A stretch of DNA of 59,051 bases from Octopus bimaculoides (GCF_001194135.2 NC_068997.1:39951317-40010367), one strand, 5' to 3'; positions 36,503 to 48,895 are shown, counted from the first letter of the stretch. The notes: generated by a model from the letters alone, not told the origin. A program made the numbers and translations.

Positions 36503-38059
36503 ATCACGTCTCCTGCTACTTCGCATCGTAAATGTCTATAGAATTCAGATTCCTCTGTGGAAGTTTCACCATTCCCAGTTAAAGAGCAAACATCATCAAA
36601 TTTGCGAAGCCAAGCCATTTTTTATATTTTAAAGTAAAAGTTGGGGAACAAGACAAGTCCTGAGTCCCTCACAAGATGTTCTAGCGGTGTGTCGAGAGCA
36701 ATCAGATGTGGACTAAAGGAACACATGATAAGTTGGCATTTAGGATACCTGTGATTGGCGAGAGTCAAAAGATCATGGCACAAACTCTTACTATTGTTTT
36801 GTGAAGACTTCATGATATATCAAGAAATGGAAATGTAGAATCGAGCATTCTTGTCTACCATTAGTTCTATATCTAGTGACTCATTCAGTTGAGACCACAG
36901 AGTCAGTTTTCAGTCTACTACCTTTTCTTGAAGATATCGATCATGAAAAACATAGTGACAGTAATGATGCAGATTTTAAAACTGAAGACGGCTCATCTTG
37001 TAAGAGATTCGATCAGCTTGAGTTGAATGATTTGGCACAAGATTTGGGATAACCAAAAAAGGTTTCAGAACTCATCAAGACTGAGTGAGAAAATCTTGCT
37101 TGAAAAAAAAGCGAAGTTATCTTACTTCCGATCCAGAGAAAGTGCATGTCCGTAGTACGTTCGAAGTGAGAGTGAGTTTGCGTATTACCATAACATGCGG
37201 GCATACTGGAAGAGATGGAAATTTCAATCTTTAACTCATCTGAATGACGACTATTCGTCGATTGCTCAAAGGGAAGCTTAAACTGTGTCTTCCTCCACAA
37301 TGGCAAGTTATATTGTGCATTGTCAATTGGGCATTTAGCCTGCATTTGTGAAGGGTGTGGACACAGAGTTGTTGCAAAATCCCGGACACATTTCGATCAG
37401 TTGTTTTTTTACCTTAAAAGGGTATGCTTCCTTCTTGGTCAACAATACAGATGCTCCAAATATTACTGTTTTCTGTACATGTGGGGCCCGAGGAAGCATT
37501 GGGTGGAGAAGAACTGACCGCTAAGATCTGTCCTCAAACCTGGTGATCTCAATATAATGCATCAGTTATCTGTTGATATAAAGAAAATGATATTCCCACC
37601 TCAGAATAGGAAGGTCATGGAGGAACGGTTTCAGGGAAGATGGAATGTAAGTATAATGACTGACAATTGTTGGAGCTTAAAGTGAAACTGTTCACAGATA
37701 AAACACTCTAAGAAAAGCTATGAGTAATTTTATTTTCCATAACTACTTGCACACAATTTGACTTGCAGTAACAATATTCTTTGAGAGAACAAAAATGTGT
37801 ACCAAGATTACGGTCAACTAAGTTTTATTATTTTCCATTGTATGTAAAATTTAAAAACAATATAAAATAAGCACAAATTTATTAGGAGTGGTATTTTATG
37901 TTTTTTTTTTGTTTTTTTTTTGAGACGAAGCGAGGGTACTCTATTGCTGAAAAGTTTGACGTGATACAGAAAAATTGGGATCATTTTTGCATCCAGTGGC
38001 CAAAAGTTATTCAAAAACAAATGTCAGATCTAACTGAACGAAAATCGTGTTCCTCACTG
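36503..38059 (+). mobile_element. Chapaev3-like (CMC superfamily) DNA transposon relic with internal deletion
   Basis: Frameshifted motifs ATSHRKC; KVGEQDKS*VPHK; FDQLELNDLAQDLG; SYFRSRESA; SSE*RLFVDCSKGSLNCVFLHNG; LKRVCFLLGQQ...KHWVEKN*PLRSVLKPGDLNI; then a jump to EERFQGRWN...DNCWSL. Putative right end AAAATCGTGTTCCTCACTG at 38041-59. Confidence 0.8.
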
Positions 38060-38439
38060 TAATTTAAGAAAGCACTTTTACAAATCATGACATTAAGAAA
38101 ATACAAAATTAAGAGACACATCAGACTGATCTTAATGGACTGGAAATTTCTAACAATAATAAATGTATTAATCACGTATATAATAAATACGTAGCTACTA
38201 ACTATGAACTAGTTGACAGAACACTATCAGTTATTGAAGTCTTGAAATACTAGTTAGCAAACGTGACTGATCATTACAAGTACAAGCTTGATCGATAAAC
38301 ATCTAAGATGACATTCATTATCATAAGCTGTTCATCAATATCACTGATGACTCTCCATATGGATGAGTCATGGTATCTGCAACGGATCAGTCTCCTTCTA
38401 AGGTTTTTATCCAGGCTTACTTTTTCACTTATGGCTATC

Positions 38440-38700
38440 AGTATGCAGTCTTTTAGAGAGTCGAGTTCTACTTTGATGTCCCGTATCTCTCGCCATACGT
38501 AAATTTGGTATTCATCTTACTGAGTTTTATCTAGTCTTTCGACATATCCCAGTCTCTGGAGGTTCTATCATAGTAATATCTCTTCACTGCTACAGAGCTT
38601 TATTATTTCTAGTTTAATAGAGTCCCTGACTCTGTCTTTCCCAGATGTTCATGATCTGTATTCAGTGTCTTATCATGAATGAATGTAGAGATTTTATACG
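38440..38700 (-). mobile_element. Decayed LINE RT C-terminal fragment
   Basis: KDRVRDSIKLEIIKLCSSEEILL**NLQRLGYVERLD resembles DRVRNExIR....RLRWFGHVERM. Confidence 0.45.
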
Positions 38701-39788
38701 ATTCATTCCTCCGATGTCTACAAGAACAACATTACCAATAAAAAAATTCAAAGGACTTATGGATTGGAATTACGGATGAATTACGGAAAGGACTTACGGA
38801 TAGGAATTATTTTCATCATTCAAAGTGTGGTTATAACCAACCTAAACATAAGCTTTATTAACGGTCAATCTAGTCAACTTCATTACAAAGAAGGAACGAA
38901 AATAAGTTGTGTAAAAACAGTCAAATCACTGGAACTGGAAATCGAAACCTGTTTACAAGTTTGCAACGAAATATTACTACCTATTCTACATTGCTCAAAA
39001 TACATACGGACATATAGAAACAGAAATAAATATGTATGCAATTAAAGATAAAAACAGAATTAACAAAGAAAACTTGTGGAACACTTTTAAATTGCTGAAA
39101 GTTTCCATTTAAAGAAAAATGTTTGTATTTATATTTTCCAATCACAATAGTTCCATCTTGTTTATAAAATGTTATCTATTTATTATTCTTTATGCATGTA
39201 CTATTTAATAAATATTGCTATTATTTTCTTCACCAGACAATTTTTCACGACTAAGTAAGCTGTTTGAGCAGAAAATATGAACCGTTCCTGGATGAAATTG
39301 TCTGCTCCATGTAGTTTTTTCTCCATGTCGGCAGCAAATAGTTATTTCCATATTCGAATTATGATCAATATCATCAAAGGTTAATTTCTCTTCAACTAAA
39401 TGTAAGCACACAATCGTAAGAAAAACAGAACCAGTCACACAAATTGCACTCCTACATTTTCTTAATGATGGTTCCAGACAAGCAAAACAACAATATCTCC
39501 AGTCCATACGTATTAATAAAAGTACAGAATGCACAAGAATACAGACGGGGCATATGTATCATATTATGTATATNNNNNNNNNNNNNNNNNNNNNNNNNNN
39601 NNNNNNNNNNNNNNNNNNNNNNNNNNNNNNNNNNNNNNNNNNNNNNNNNNNNNNNNNNNNNNNNNNNNNNNNNNNNNNNNNNNNNNNNNNNNNNNNNNNN
39701 NNNNNNNNNNNNNNNNNNNNNNNNNNNNNNNNNNNNNNNNNNNNNNNNNNNNNNNNNNNNNNNNNNNNNNNNNNNNNNNATATATATG

Positions 39789-39933
39789 TAGGCGCAGGCG
39801 TGGTTCTGTGCTAAGAAACCTGCTTTCCAACCATGCTTCCAGCATTTTGGGCAAGCGTATTCCAATATAACATCGAACCGACCAAGGCCTTGTGAGTGGG
39901 TTAGGTAGACGGAAACTGAAAGAAGCCCGTCCT

Positions 39934-39935
<2 letters not shown>
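39789..39935 (+). mobile_element. SINE family A, 5' half
   Basis: AGGCGCAGGCGTGG...GGTAGACGGAAACTGAAAGAAGCCCGTC followed by (CA)n(CG)n; no 3' half. Confidence 0.8.
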
Positions 39936-39985
<50 letters not shown>

Positions 39986-40654
39986 GCACATACACACACA
40001 CACATATCTTGTCGTTGCTCTGTGGTTGCTCCATGTTCACAAATGGTTACAGTCTCCATGCGATTCCCATTTGTCAATGGAATTTATGACTTTCCTTCCA
40101 TCACTAATCAGATGAGTGTTCTATCCCGCTACTGCTCTATGTGGTTTGAAGAAAATAGTTGGCAAACAAAAGTTGTAACTTCCATTGGATCCCTCAGATC
40201 ACTGTGCGGATTAGAAGTTTCTCGATGAAAGTTTTTAAGAATTTTATATTTGGACTTCCTCATTCATTAGGTCCAGACACGTCGCTACTCTTCCAGATAA
40301 ATGAGATTACCACAAAGAGACATCTGCACGTCATTGGATTATAGTGATAAAAGCTTGTACAACAACGCATACGAGTTTCTGACTTTCTATGATCAGTGCC
40401 CAGTCAAAGACCATAGCAATATGAGCAGGAATTACGTGAAACCGCAGGTTTAACATCAGAGAGTACCCCTTCTAGAAAGATGCTGCAATATCGGCTAGGT
40501 ATGCCACATTCCCAATGGTTCTTTTACTGATCATGGATGTCTGTTGACTCAATAAGGATCATCCTTCCAGTGATGTATATATATGTATGTATATACATTT
40601 ATATGTGTGTGTGTATGTGTGTGCGTGCGTGTGTGAGTGAGTGTGCGTATGTAT

Positions 40655-41039
40655 ATTCTTTTATTCTTTTATTCATTTCAGTCATTTGACTGGGGCCATG
40701 CTGCAGCCTAGCACTTGTTATAATGGTTTCGTTTGTCGAACTGCTAAGTTCCGGGGACATAAACTCACCAACATCGCTTGATAACCGATAGTTGGGGAAC
40801 AAACACAGACACACACAAATGCATACATACATACATACATTCATACATGTTATATATATGTGTTGTGTGTGTGTGTATACACATACGACGGGCTTCTTTC
40901 AGTTTCCGTCTACCAAATCCACTCACAAAGATCTTGGTCGGCTCGAGGCTATAGAAGAAGACACTTGACCAAGGTGTAATGCAGTGAGATTGAACCCGGA
41001 GCCATGTGGTTGGGAAGCAAACTTCTTACCATACAGCCA
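40655..41039 (-). mobile_element. SINE family A, near full-length
   Basis: Tail TTCTTTTATTCATTTCAGTCATTTGAC through to head CTTACCATACAGCCA, with an internal (TACA)/(TG) tract. Confidence 0.85.
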
Positions 41040-41314
41040 TATATATATATTTATTATTTATTATTATGCGCCATATATATATTTATACTATATAAATAGG
41101 TATATATATGCATAGATAGGCACGCATACACATATATAAATACATACATACATACATGCATGCATGCATGCATGCATACACACATGCGCGCACACATATA
41201 TTTTCATTCAACCTCTTTTTTTATTATCTCCCTTCCTTTCAACTTCCTTTTTTTTCCAATCATTCGCCTTGACAGGCATTCGTGAACTAAGAGGGTCTTC
41301 ACTCTTTTTAAAAC

Positions 41315-41614
41315 GAAGGTGCAAACCTCAGTGGTTAGAGTGTCGGGCTCACAATCAAAACGTAATGAGTTCGATTCCTTGGGTTGTGTGTTGTGTTCTT
41401 GAGCAAGACACTTTATTTCACGTTACTCCAGTTCACTCAGCTGTAGAAATAAGTTGCGACGTCACTGGTGCCAAGCTGTACTGGCCTTTGCCTTTCCCTT
41501 GGTTAAACCTAGTGGCGTTGAGAAGGGAGGCCGGTATGCATGGGCGACTGCCGGTCTTCTATAAACAACCTTTCCCAGACTTGTGCCTCGGGGTGGGAGA
41601 TAACTTTCTAGGTG
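41315..41614 (+). mobile_element. tRNA-derived SINE (C-type head, different 3' body)
   Basis: CTCAGTGGTTAGAG (A box), GAGTTCGATTCC (B box), GTGTTCTTGAGCAAGACACTTTATTTCACG, then a distinct body ending GATAACTTTCTAGGTG. Confidence 0.75.
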
Positions 41615-41759
41615 TGGCGGTATAGTATGATTTTGGCTTCCCAACACTTGGTTCCCGGTTCCGTTCTATTGTGTGGCACCTTGGGCAAGTGTCTTCTGCC
41701 TCGAATCGACTAAAGTCTTGTGAGTAGATGTGGCAGACGGAAACTGAAACAAACCTGTC

Positions 41760-41797
<38 letters not shown>

Positions 41798-41830
41798 NNN
41801 NNNNNNNNNNNNNNNNNNNNNNNNNNNNNN

Positions 41831-41888
<58 letters not shown>

Positions 41889-42088
41889 TGTGTGTATGTG
41901 TGTGCATGTGTGTATGTGTGCGCGCGCGCGTTCTTGTGTTTGTCCCCAACCACTACTTAACAATCGGTGTTCGTTTATTTATCTCCCGTAGCCTAGCGGT
42001 TCGGCAAAAGAGCCGATAGTATAGGTAAAAAGGGGTAAAAACAAGTTAAGTTCTGAGGTCGATTCATTCGACTAAAAGTTGCCCAAGA
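41615..42088 (+). mobile_element. SINE family A with a gap in the internal microsatellite
   Basis: GGCACCTTGGGCAAGTGTCTTCT...GACGGAAACTGAAAC, (TA)n-N-(TG)n, TAGCGGTTCGGCAAAAGAG...GGTCGATTCATTCGACTAAA. Confidence 0.85.
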
Positions 42089-42524
42089 TAAAGGATAAAT
42101 GATATAGTCTTTCCTTTCATCACGTTCAACACACAATGCACAATTGCTTTTACTATGAACCAGTTATGTACTCGATGCGGAGACAAATTATCTTTATATT
42201 ATGACGTAATGCACATATACTTTTAACGGTTGTTTTATGCTTTCGAAACATTTCTACTGAGGCTGTCTGTCTATTCTTATTAATATTTTAGTATATTCAC
42301 CGCACACCACGCAACGCAAGTTGCTACGAAATTTGGAGTTTTGTACTACGTGTCATTTTATCAAAATTATTTCAATAATTTTAAAATGAGACGAAATGTC
42401 TTATATATATTGATTAATAAGCTTTATTGTTTGATTATTTTTCTGTGGTTTTTCTGTATACATTTATATGTTGGATGCTGGCAAGCTATTGGACACGGCA
42501 ACATCATCGGAAACTGAAAACAAT

Positions 42525-42975
42525 TGCTTGCAAATCCATCGAATCGTAATTGGGAATGAAAAATTGATCTATTTTCATATGGATTCGTCCAGCCAGGCTA
42601 CAGCACCTGTTGTCAAGAAAGGGCAGTTTGAACAAAAGGCTATGATTGCATCTGTTTTCATAGCCTTTTTTTCAAACTGCCATGTTGTGAACGCTAACCT
42701 TTATGCTCAGAAACTGCAGCGAGTATATGATACTTTGGAAGCCTTCTATCCGACGTTCGTCAATCGAAAATGCGCACTCCTACAGCATCACAATTCGCCA
42801 CCATACAGTGCCGATGTTACCAGGCGCGAACTTGAGGAATTCGAAGGACTGGAAGTGCTACATCACCTTCCCTAGTATCCAGATCTTGCACCATCAGATA
42901 CCCACCTTTTCTGAGGCATGGCACTTTTCGTGTATAGACGGACGTTCAACATTGCGGAATAGGCTGAAAACTGGT
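42525..42975 (+). mobile_element. Mariner (DD34D-type) transposase remnant
   Basis: IHRIVIGNEKLIYF (from LHRIVTGDEKWIYY), VNANLYAQKLQRV, LLQHHNSPPYSA (from LLQQDNARPH), YPDLAPSDTHLF (from YSPDLAPSDYHLF). Confidence 0.85.
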
Positions 42976-43885
42976 GCAGTCATATGATATAAGCGTGGAA
43001 CTGAGCTAATGGAGTAACGAAGGCAACTGACAATAAAATATATTGAGATATATTTCGACGATTAAAAGGTTTCACACGTAATTTGTTTGAACTGTTAAAA
43101 ACGAAAAAGAAAACCCTTTGATATGCATGTATGTATGTATGTATGTATGTATGTATGTATGTATGTATGNNNNNNNNNNNNNNNNNNNNNNNNNNNNNNN
43201 NNNNNNNNNNNNNNNNNNNNNNNNNNNNNNNNNNNNNNNNNNNNNNNNNNNNNNNNNNNNNNNNNNNNNNNNNNNNNNNNNNNNNNNNNNNNNNNNNNNN
43301 NNNNNNNNNNNNNNNNNNNNNNNNNNNNNNNNNNNNNNNNNNNNNNNNNNNNNNNNNNNNNNNNNNNNNNNNNNNNNNNNNNNNNNNNNNNNNNNNNNNN
43401 NNNNNNNNNNNNNNNNNNNNNNNNNNNNNNNNNNNNNNNNNNNNNNNNNNNNNNNNNNNNNNNNNNNNNNNNNNNNNNNNNNNNNNNNNNNNNNNNNNNN
43501 NNNNNNNNNNNNNNNNNNNNNNNNNNNNNNNNNNNNNNNNNNNNNNNNNNNNNNNNNNNNNNNNNNNNNNNNNNNNNNNNNNNNNNNNNNNNNNNNNNNN
43601 NNNNNNNNNNNNNNNNNNNNNNNNNNNNNNNNNNNNNNNNNNNNNNNNNNNNNNNNNNNNNNNNNNNNNNNNNNNNNNNNNNNNNNNNNNNNNNNNNNNN
43701 NNNNNNNNNNNNNNNNNNNNNNNNNNNNNNNNNNNNNNNNNNNNNNNNNNNNNNNNNNNNNNNNNNNNNNNNNNNNNNNNNNNNNNNNNNNNNNNNNNNN
43801 NNNNNNNNNNNNNNNNNNNNNNNNNNNNNNNNNNNNNNNNNNNNNNNNNNNNNNNNNNNNNNNNNNNNNNNNNNNNNNNNNNNNN

Positions 43886-44125
43886 TTTTTTTCCCGTCCT
43901 TGTCTTCGTATACATTCGCTGCTTTCTTCCAAGGAATCTAATGCTCTTAGCTTAGTTTTTCCTTGGGGCTGGCCAAATTGGAGCAATCTCTAGTATAACC
44001 AAACGAAATTGCAAAAATAATCTGGAACTCGACTGACCCGTCCTTGTTTTCTTTGTATCGTTTATCTGGATGTTTTGTTGTCCCCTTTTTGTCTCACCTT
44101 TCTTACCGATTTTGCCCCATTTTGT
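43886..44125. repeat. Unclassified dispersed repeat, copy 2
   Basis: Homologous to 23426-23700, same orientation. Confidence 0.85.
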
Positions 44126-44215
44126 ATTTTTTTTATATATAAAGCATATAGCGGCGTACGTACCATTTGGTCTGATATATACACTCAAACACACACGCTC
44201 GCACACACACATATG

Positions 44216-44380
44216 CGACAGGCATCTTGCAGTTTCCATCTACCAAATCCACTCATAAGGCTTTGGTGGGCCCGAGGCTATAGCAGAAGACGCGTTCCCA
44301 AGGTGCGACGCAGTGGTGCCGAACCCAGAATGATGTGGTTAGGAAGCAAGTTTCTTACCACACAGCCACGCCTGTGCCTA
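44216..44380 (-). mobile_element. SINE family A, 5' half
   Basis: CGACAGGCATCTTGCAGTTTCCATCTACCAAATCCACTC...CTTACCACACAGCCACGCCTGTGCCT. Confidence 0.85.
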
Positions 44381-44449
44381 TATGTATGTTTACATATATA
44401 TATTTTTTCTTTTATCCGTTTCAGTCATGCCGGAGTTCCGGCCTGCTAA

Positions 44450-45240
44450 GCTATAATCGGACAGAAGTGCATTTGAATTCATCTTGGCATTGGGTGTTCT
44501 CTAATAAGCTCTTTTGACTGATAATTATTTTGTAGCACAGGTTGTGACGGAAACATATTTTGTAAATTTTTGAATTCTTTAACGTTAGAGTATTGCTATT
44601 CTTCAAAACTCAGTTATGCCTACGGAGCTTGGTAATTATACTTGTCTATATAGGTGTGACAGCTTTGGATTTGGGTTTGTAGTTTAGGGGTTCATAGGAT
44701 TAGCATATGTTTGAATAGGTGTAGTTGCTGTTGGTTCAGTTTCGATACTAGTGGGTCATTTCCCCTTTTGTTTTGGGAATGTCAAAGTTATAGTTCAAGG
44801 TCCAGTTCAGAATTTAAGGTTTTGTTATTAGATGTACTTATCTAAGTGTGTCAGATGTAGGATCATGAAATTTGTAAAAAATTTTAAAAGTATGTAAGGT
44901 AGGTGGAAAGGTTGGTTGATCAGCAAACTTCTTTACATTTTGCTGTTGCTATTTAGGGGATTTAACCTGATTGTTTTGAGAGGATGGAGGTTATCAGTCA
45001 ATCAAGTAAGGCTCTATGATCAGTTGTGCTGATTTAGACGTATCAAATTTAGATGGTGGTGTTGTTTGTATAGAAATATGTTCATCTTGTGTTGGTGTAA
45101 AGGTTAGTTGGCCAACAAATCTTTTTTTCTATTAGTTAATTGCTTCAAATTCTGACCTGCGAGTTTTAGGGAGTTAAAGATTATGGGTTATGATTTTTAC
45201 GAATATTTCTTCTGTTCCATTTCCGGCCTGGATGTCTTGG
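44450..45240 (-). mobile_element. Probable Penelope-like ORF N-terminal fragment
   Basis: Minus-strand pieces LPKTRRSEFEA, PSKFDTSKSAQLI and KNSNTLTLKEFKNL...FCPIIA resemble the PLE N-terminus (PTPK..SE, SxFTP) and pre-RT RPIIA motifs; many stops. Confidence 0.5.
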
Positions 45241-45297
45241 AATATGTTATTTTGGACCAATGAATATACGCAAAAGTGGAGCATTACAAAAATGTAT

Positions 45298-45586
45298 CCA
45301 TGTGGTTGAGAAGCAACCACATGGTTCTGAATTCAGTCCTACTACCTGTGAATTTGGACAAGGGTTTTCTATTATAACCACGACCCAACCAAAGTCTTGT
45401 GAAAGTATTTGATAGACGGAAACAAAGAAACCCGCCGTATGTGTGTGTGTGTGTGTGTGTGTGCATGTGCACGCGAGTCTTTGTATACGTGTTTGCCCTT
45501 CTCCGCCGCTTGACAACCGGTGTTGGTGTGTTTCCGTCCCTGTAATTTAGCGGTTCGGCAAAAACTTTCGATTAAATGAAACTAGT
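45298..45586 (+). mobile_element. SINE family A
   Basis: AACCACATGGTTCTGAATTCAGTCC, GATAGACGGAAAC, (TG)n, GCTTGACAACCGGTGTTGG, TTAGCGGTTCGGCAAAA. Confidence 0.8.
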
Positions 45587-46574
45587 TGATGCAAGCAGTC
45601 GATTAACATCCTGTCTAGGAATGTTTAGAATCTAAAGGCAAATAACAAAGAAGATAATTCAAATAATACCAGTCTATCGAAAATGTCGGAAAATGAAGTC
45701 AATGGAAGTAACTTTTGTCTTTAACGCCAACAGCTGAAGGCAATGGAGATGTTTCAATCTTATAAAATTAACACAGGTGAAGTATATTCTACTCAGCAAC
45801 ACTTGGAATTCATCGACACATGAAAACAGAGAAAACGCAATGTTGGTGATTGTAAATATGAACAATATGGCTGGGGGTGAGCAGTTCTGTGCTGTTTTCG
45901 GAATGAATACAAATACGATTGGCTCTCAATTTTTTTTATATAGGGACCTGAAATACTTCTATGCAGTTAGAAAACAAAATTTTTCTCTGGGATTGTTTAA
46001 AATCTAAACACATATAAAGATTCAGCTTATAACAATAGCTGTGACTACACACCGACAGCCTTACTCTTTTGACATCTGTCAGAGCTCGACGAGCCTTCAT
46101 GTAGGGCTTCCCTAAGTTGAATTAATATTCTTTACTTTTATATCCCATAGGCGAGCAATCGAGCTAAATGTAAATATTGTTTGATCCCAAACTTATCGGA
46201 CAACTATGCTTATTCAGACAGTGTATCAGGACAATATCATTCAGTTACTATTTTAAAAACTACTGGGTGAGAGGTATTGCTAACTTTGAAATTGAGGGGT
46301 GATAGATGGATAGTTGACAAGCTCAGAGAGTTTGCTTTCCTTCATCGGCCACAGTCGCATATTTAATCTAGAAACGAATACACATCCGGCAGTGTGAGAG
46401 AGAAAAACTGAAAAGTTTGACAAAGTTAACGACTACCTGAATGCGAATACTTCGAAAAAGCAATGGAGAAAGCAGAATTGGGACTGGTTTTCTTATTTGT
46501 GTTAAATCAATCAGAGTGAAGTCACGCAATTATGCACAGGTAGGTAGAAGAGTCTATAAGCGATCCTTTTATTG

Positions 46575-46958
46575 CTTGTTTGTTGGCACTCCGTCGCTTA
46601 CGACGACGAGGGTTCCAGTTGATCCGAGCAACGGAACAGCCTGCTCGTGAAATTAACGTGCAAGTGGCTGACCACTCCACAGACACGTGTACCCTTAACG
46701 TAGTTCTCGGGGATATTCAGCGTGACACAGAGTGTGACAAGGCTGACCCTTTGAATTACAGGCACAACAGAAATAGGAAGTAAGAGTGAGAGAAAGTTGT
46801 GGTGAAAGAGTACAGCAGGGTTCGCTACCATCTCCTGCCGGAGCCTCGTGGAATTTTAGGTGTTTTCGCTCAATAAACAATCAACGCCCGGTCTGCGGAT
46901 CGAAACCGCGATCCTATGACCGCGAGTTCGCTGCCCTAACCACTGGGCCATTGCGCCT
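46575..46958 (-). mobile_element. SINE family C, full-length with intact Pol III boxes
   Basis: Minus strand GGCGCAATGGCCCAGTGGTTAGGGCAGCGAACTCGCGG...GGTTTCGATCC (tRNA-Arg-like; A and B boxes); 3' end CTCGTCGTCGTAAGCGACGGAGTGCCAACAAACAA. Confidence 0.9.
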
Positions 46959-47318
46959 TCATCCTTTTATTGTAAGAAGTTAGAAATCAGTCAGGGGCAC
47001 AAAGGGTTTGCGTTCGTGATGGTTGTTTGGTTGTCTTTGCATGGGGAATGGTGATAACACCTCCAAAGTAGCAGTGGTGGTGATGGCTGACGTTTCCTAA
47101 AGGCTGCCGGCCATGATGTCTTGTGTACAATGTCTTCAAGAAAATCAATTGCAAGCCTTAGAATTGTGAACTGTTTTTGGCATTCACCTTTCTCTCTCTC
47201 TTTATCTATTTATTTATTTGCTTATTTTGACAGGCGATAATTCACCAGACTTCGTTCACTTTTCTGATTCTGTTGGCGAAGGAATATGTACTTCTTGTGA
47301 TTAATATATTCATACTTT

Positions 47319-47501
47319 AAGGCGACGAGTTGGCAGAATCGTTAACACGCTGGGTTAAATGGTTAGTGGCATTTCGTTCAGAGTTGCTTTCATCATTTCT
47401 TGGTCGATAAATTGAGTACCGATTGAATACTGGGAGTCGATATAATCAACTTAGCCCCTCCTCTACAATTTCTGGCCTTGTACCAAAATTTGAAATCAAT
47501 A
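47319..47501 (+). mobile_element. SINE family B, internally deleted
   Basis: AAGGCGACGAGTTGGCAGAATCGTTAACACG...GGTCGATAAATTGAGTACC...GGCCTTGTACC. Confidence 0.8.
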
Positions 47502-47759
47502 CATTCCTAGTTCGAGGTGCACCTCTGTCTTCGTTCTACATCCTCTTGTAGCACTGTCCCTCGGCTCGTATGTTACCCGATCAGCATGGTTGCATTTGCA
47601 TACGAAATGTATTTTTGTGAGTTTGTGGAACATCTTCTCTTAGGGGTGTTAGCAGATGATATAGAATTCTCACTCTTCAAGTCTTCCACCATTAGGCAAA
47701 TTGAATATTCGTAACAAAATCGGAACACAGCCGATACGAAAAAATCAGAAGGGGGCTGC

Positions 47760-48400
47760 ACAATTAAAGAAAGAGCTTTGATATCTTAACATCCTGCTAA
47801 GAGAAAGCGAGATCAATATAATCTAAGTCAGATTATTGAAGCAGAATGCAAGACGCTATAGCTAGCTGTAAGTACTGAGAACCTGGGAGAACAAGAAATG
47901 TACAAGAAGTAACAAAAGTTAAGGAGGTGGCAACGTAGACAGAAAGAAGACATACCAGACTGAAAGCAGAGAAAGATAATCGCTACCAAATCTGGCAACC
48001 GGATCATATCGTATCATCAAGGATGGTACAAATTTATGTATAGGTTCTGTGGTAAATTATGAGGAGACCACCATCTATATTAACTCTGGCTGCTTTAAAC
48101 GAAACGTTCATTGGAATAACAAGGCGTATATTCATTGCAAAAGGGCAAATATATAATAATTACGAGATTAAGACGATATCGCTGTGCTTGGGAACATACT
48201 CATACTTGATATAATTATCAAGGACCAAAAGGGAAGGCGTGCATTCTTTTCTGATATCGAAATAATATTCGATAAAGTACTAAATACATGTAAAGCTACC
48301 ATTTGAAAGAGCATAGCACGCCAAAAATCCACTAAAGGTGCCATCAACAAAAATAAGAGTATTAAGATGGAAAATTTGCCGTTAGACCATCTGGCTGAAT
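47760..48400 (+). mobile_element. Possible highly decayed RTE-like LINE fragment
   Basis: RRAFFSDIEIIFDKV resembles the RT motif AFVDLEKAFDRV; otherwise riddled with stops. Confidence 0.3.
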
Positions 48401-48895
48401 GCCTTTGAGGATTGTGTTTCCCTGTCCTTTGAGTTCAAATTGCGTTAAAATCAACTTTGACTTACATTCTTTCTGGGTCTATAATCTTTCCGAGTAGAAG
48501 ATTTGTGAGATTGTTAGAAGGACAAATGTGATGCCTTGTAGTATCTGTTTCGAGTGTCAGTGCTCTAAATTTAAATATTATTTTCGCTCAGTAGAGACTT
48601 AGCGACTGAAAAGATAGTCTTCGGGACCCAATTAATGGAAGATATATCTCTAACGAGAGATTGAGTTACGCGTTAATTGGTGTGGCATCCAGATCGCATC
48701 AATACGCATGAATGCATTCTACTGAAAAGGAATAAATGCAGAGACACTACATGTATATATATGTGTGTGTATAGTCAACAGATGAGATCCACATCATATG
48801 ACACATATATGTGTTTCTCATCTGTATGGGTTGTATGTCTGTACATATATACAGGCACACATATATATATGTATGTGTAGACACAAACACAAACC

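Noticed and set aside
38344-38372. CTGATGA followed by a hairpin (possible hammerhead)
   Set aside because: No GAAA or stem III after the hairpin; it lies in or near a decayed LINE fragment.
39205-39534. 109-aa minus-strand ORF
   Set aside because: No family motif or clear exon boundaries recognised; an ORF of this length is expected by chance.
46880-46958. tRNA genes at SINE heads (also 22184, 41315 and others)
   Set aside because: A and B boxes continue into SINE bodies; no acceptor-stem closure or Pol III terminator at tRNA length.
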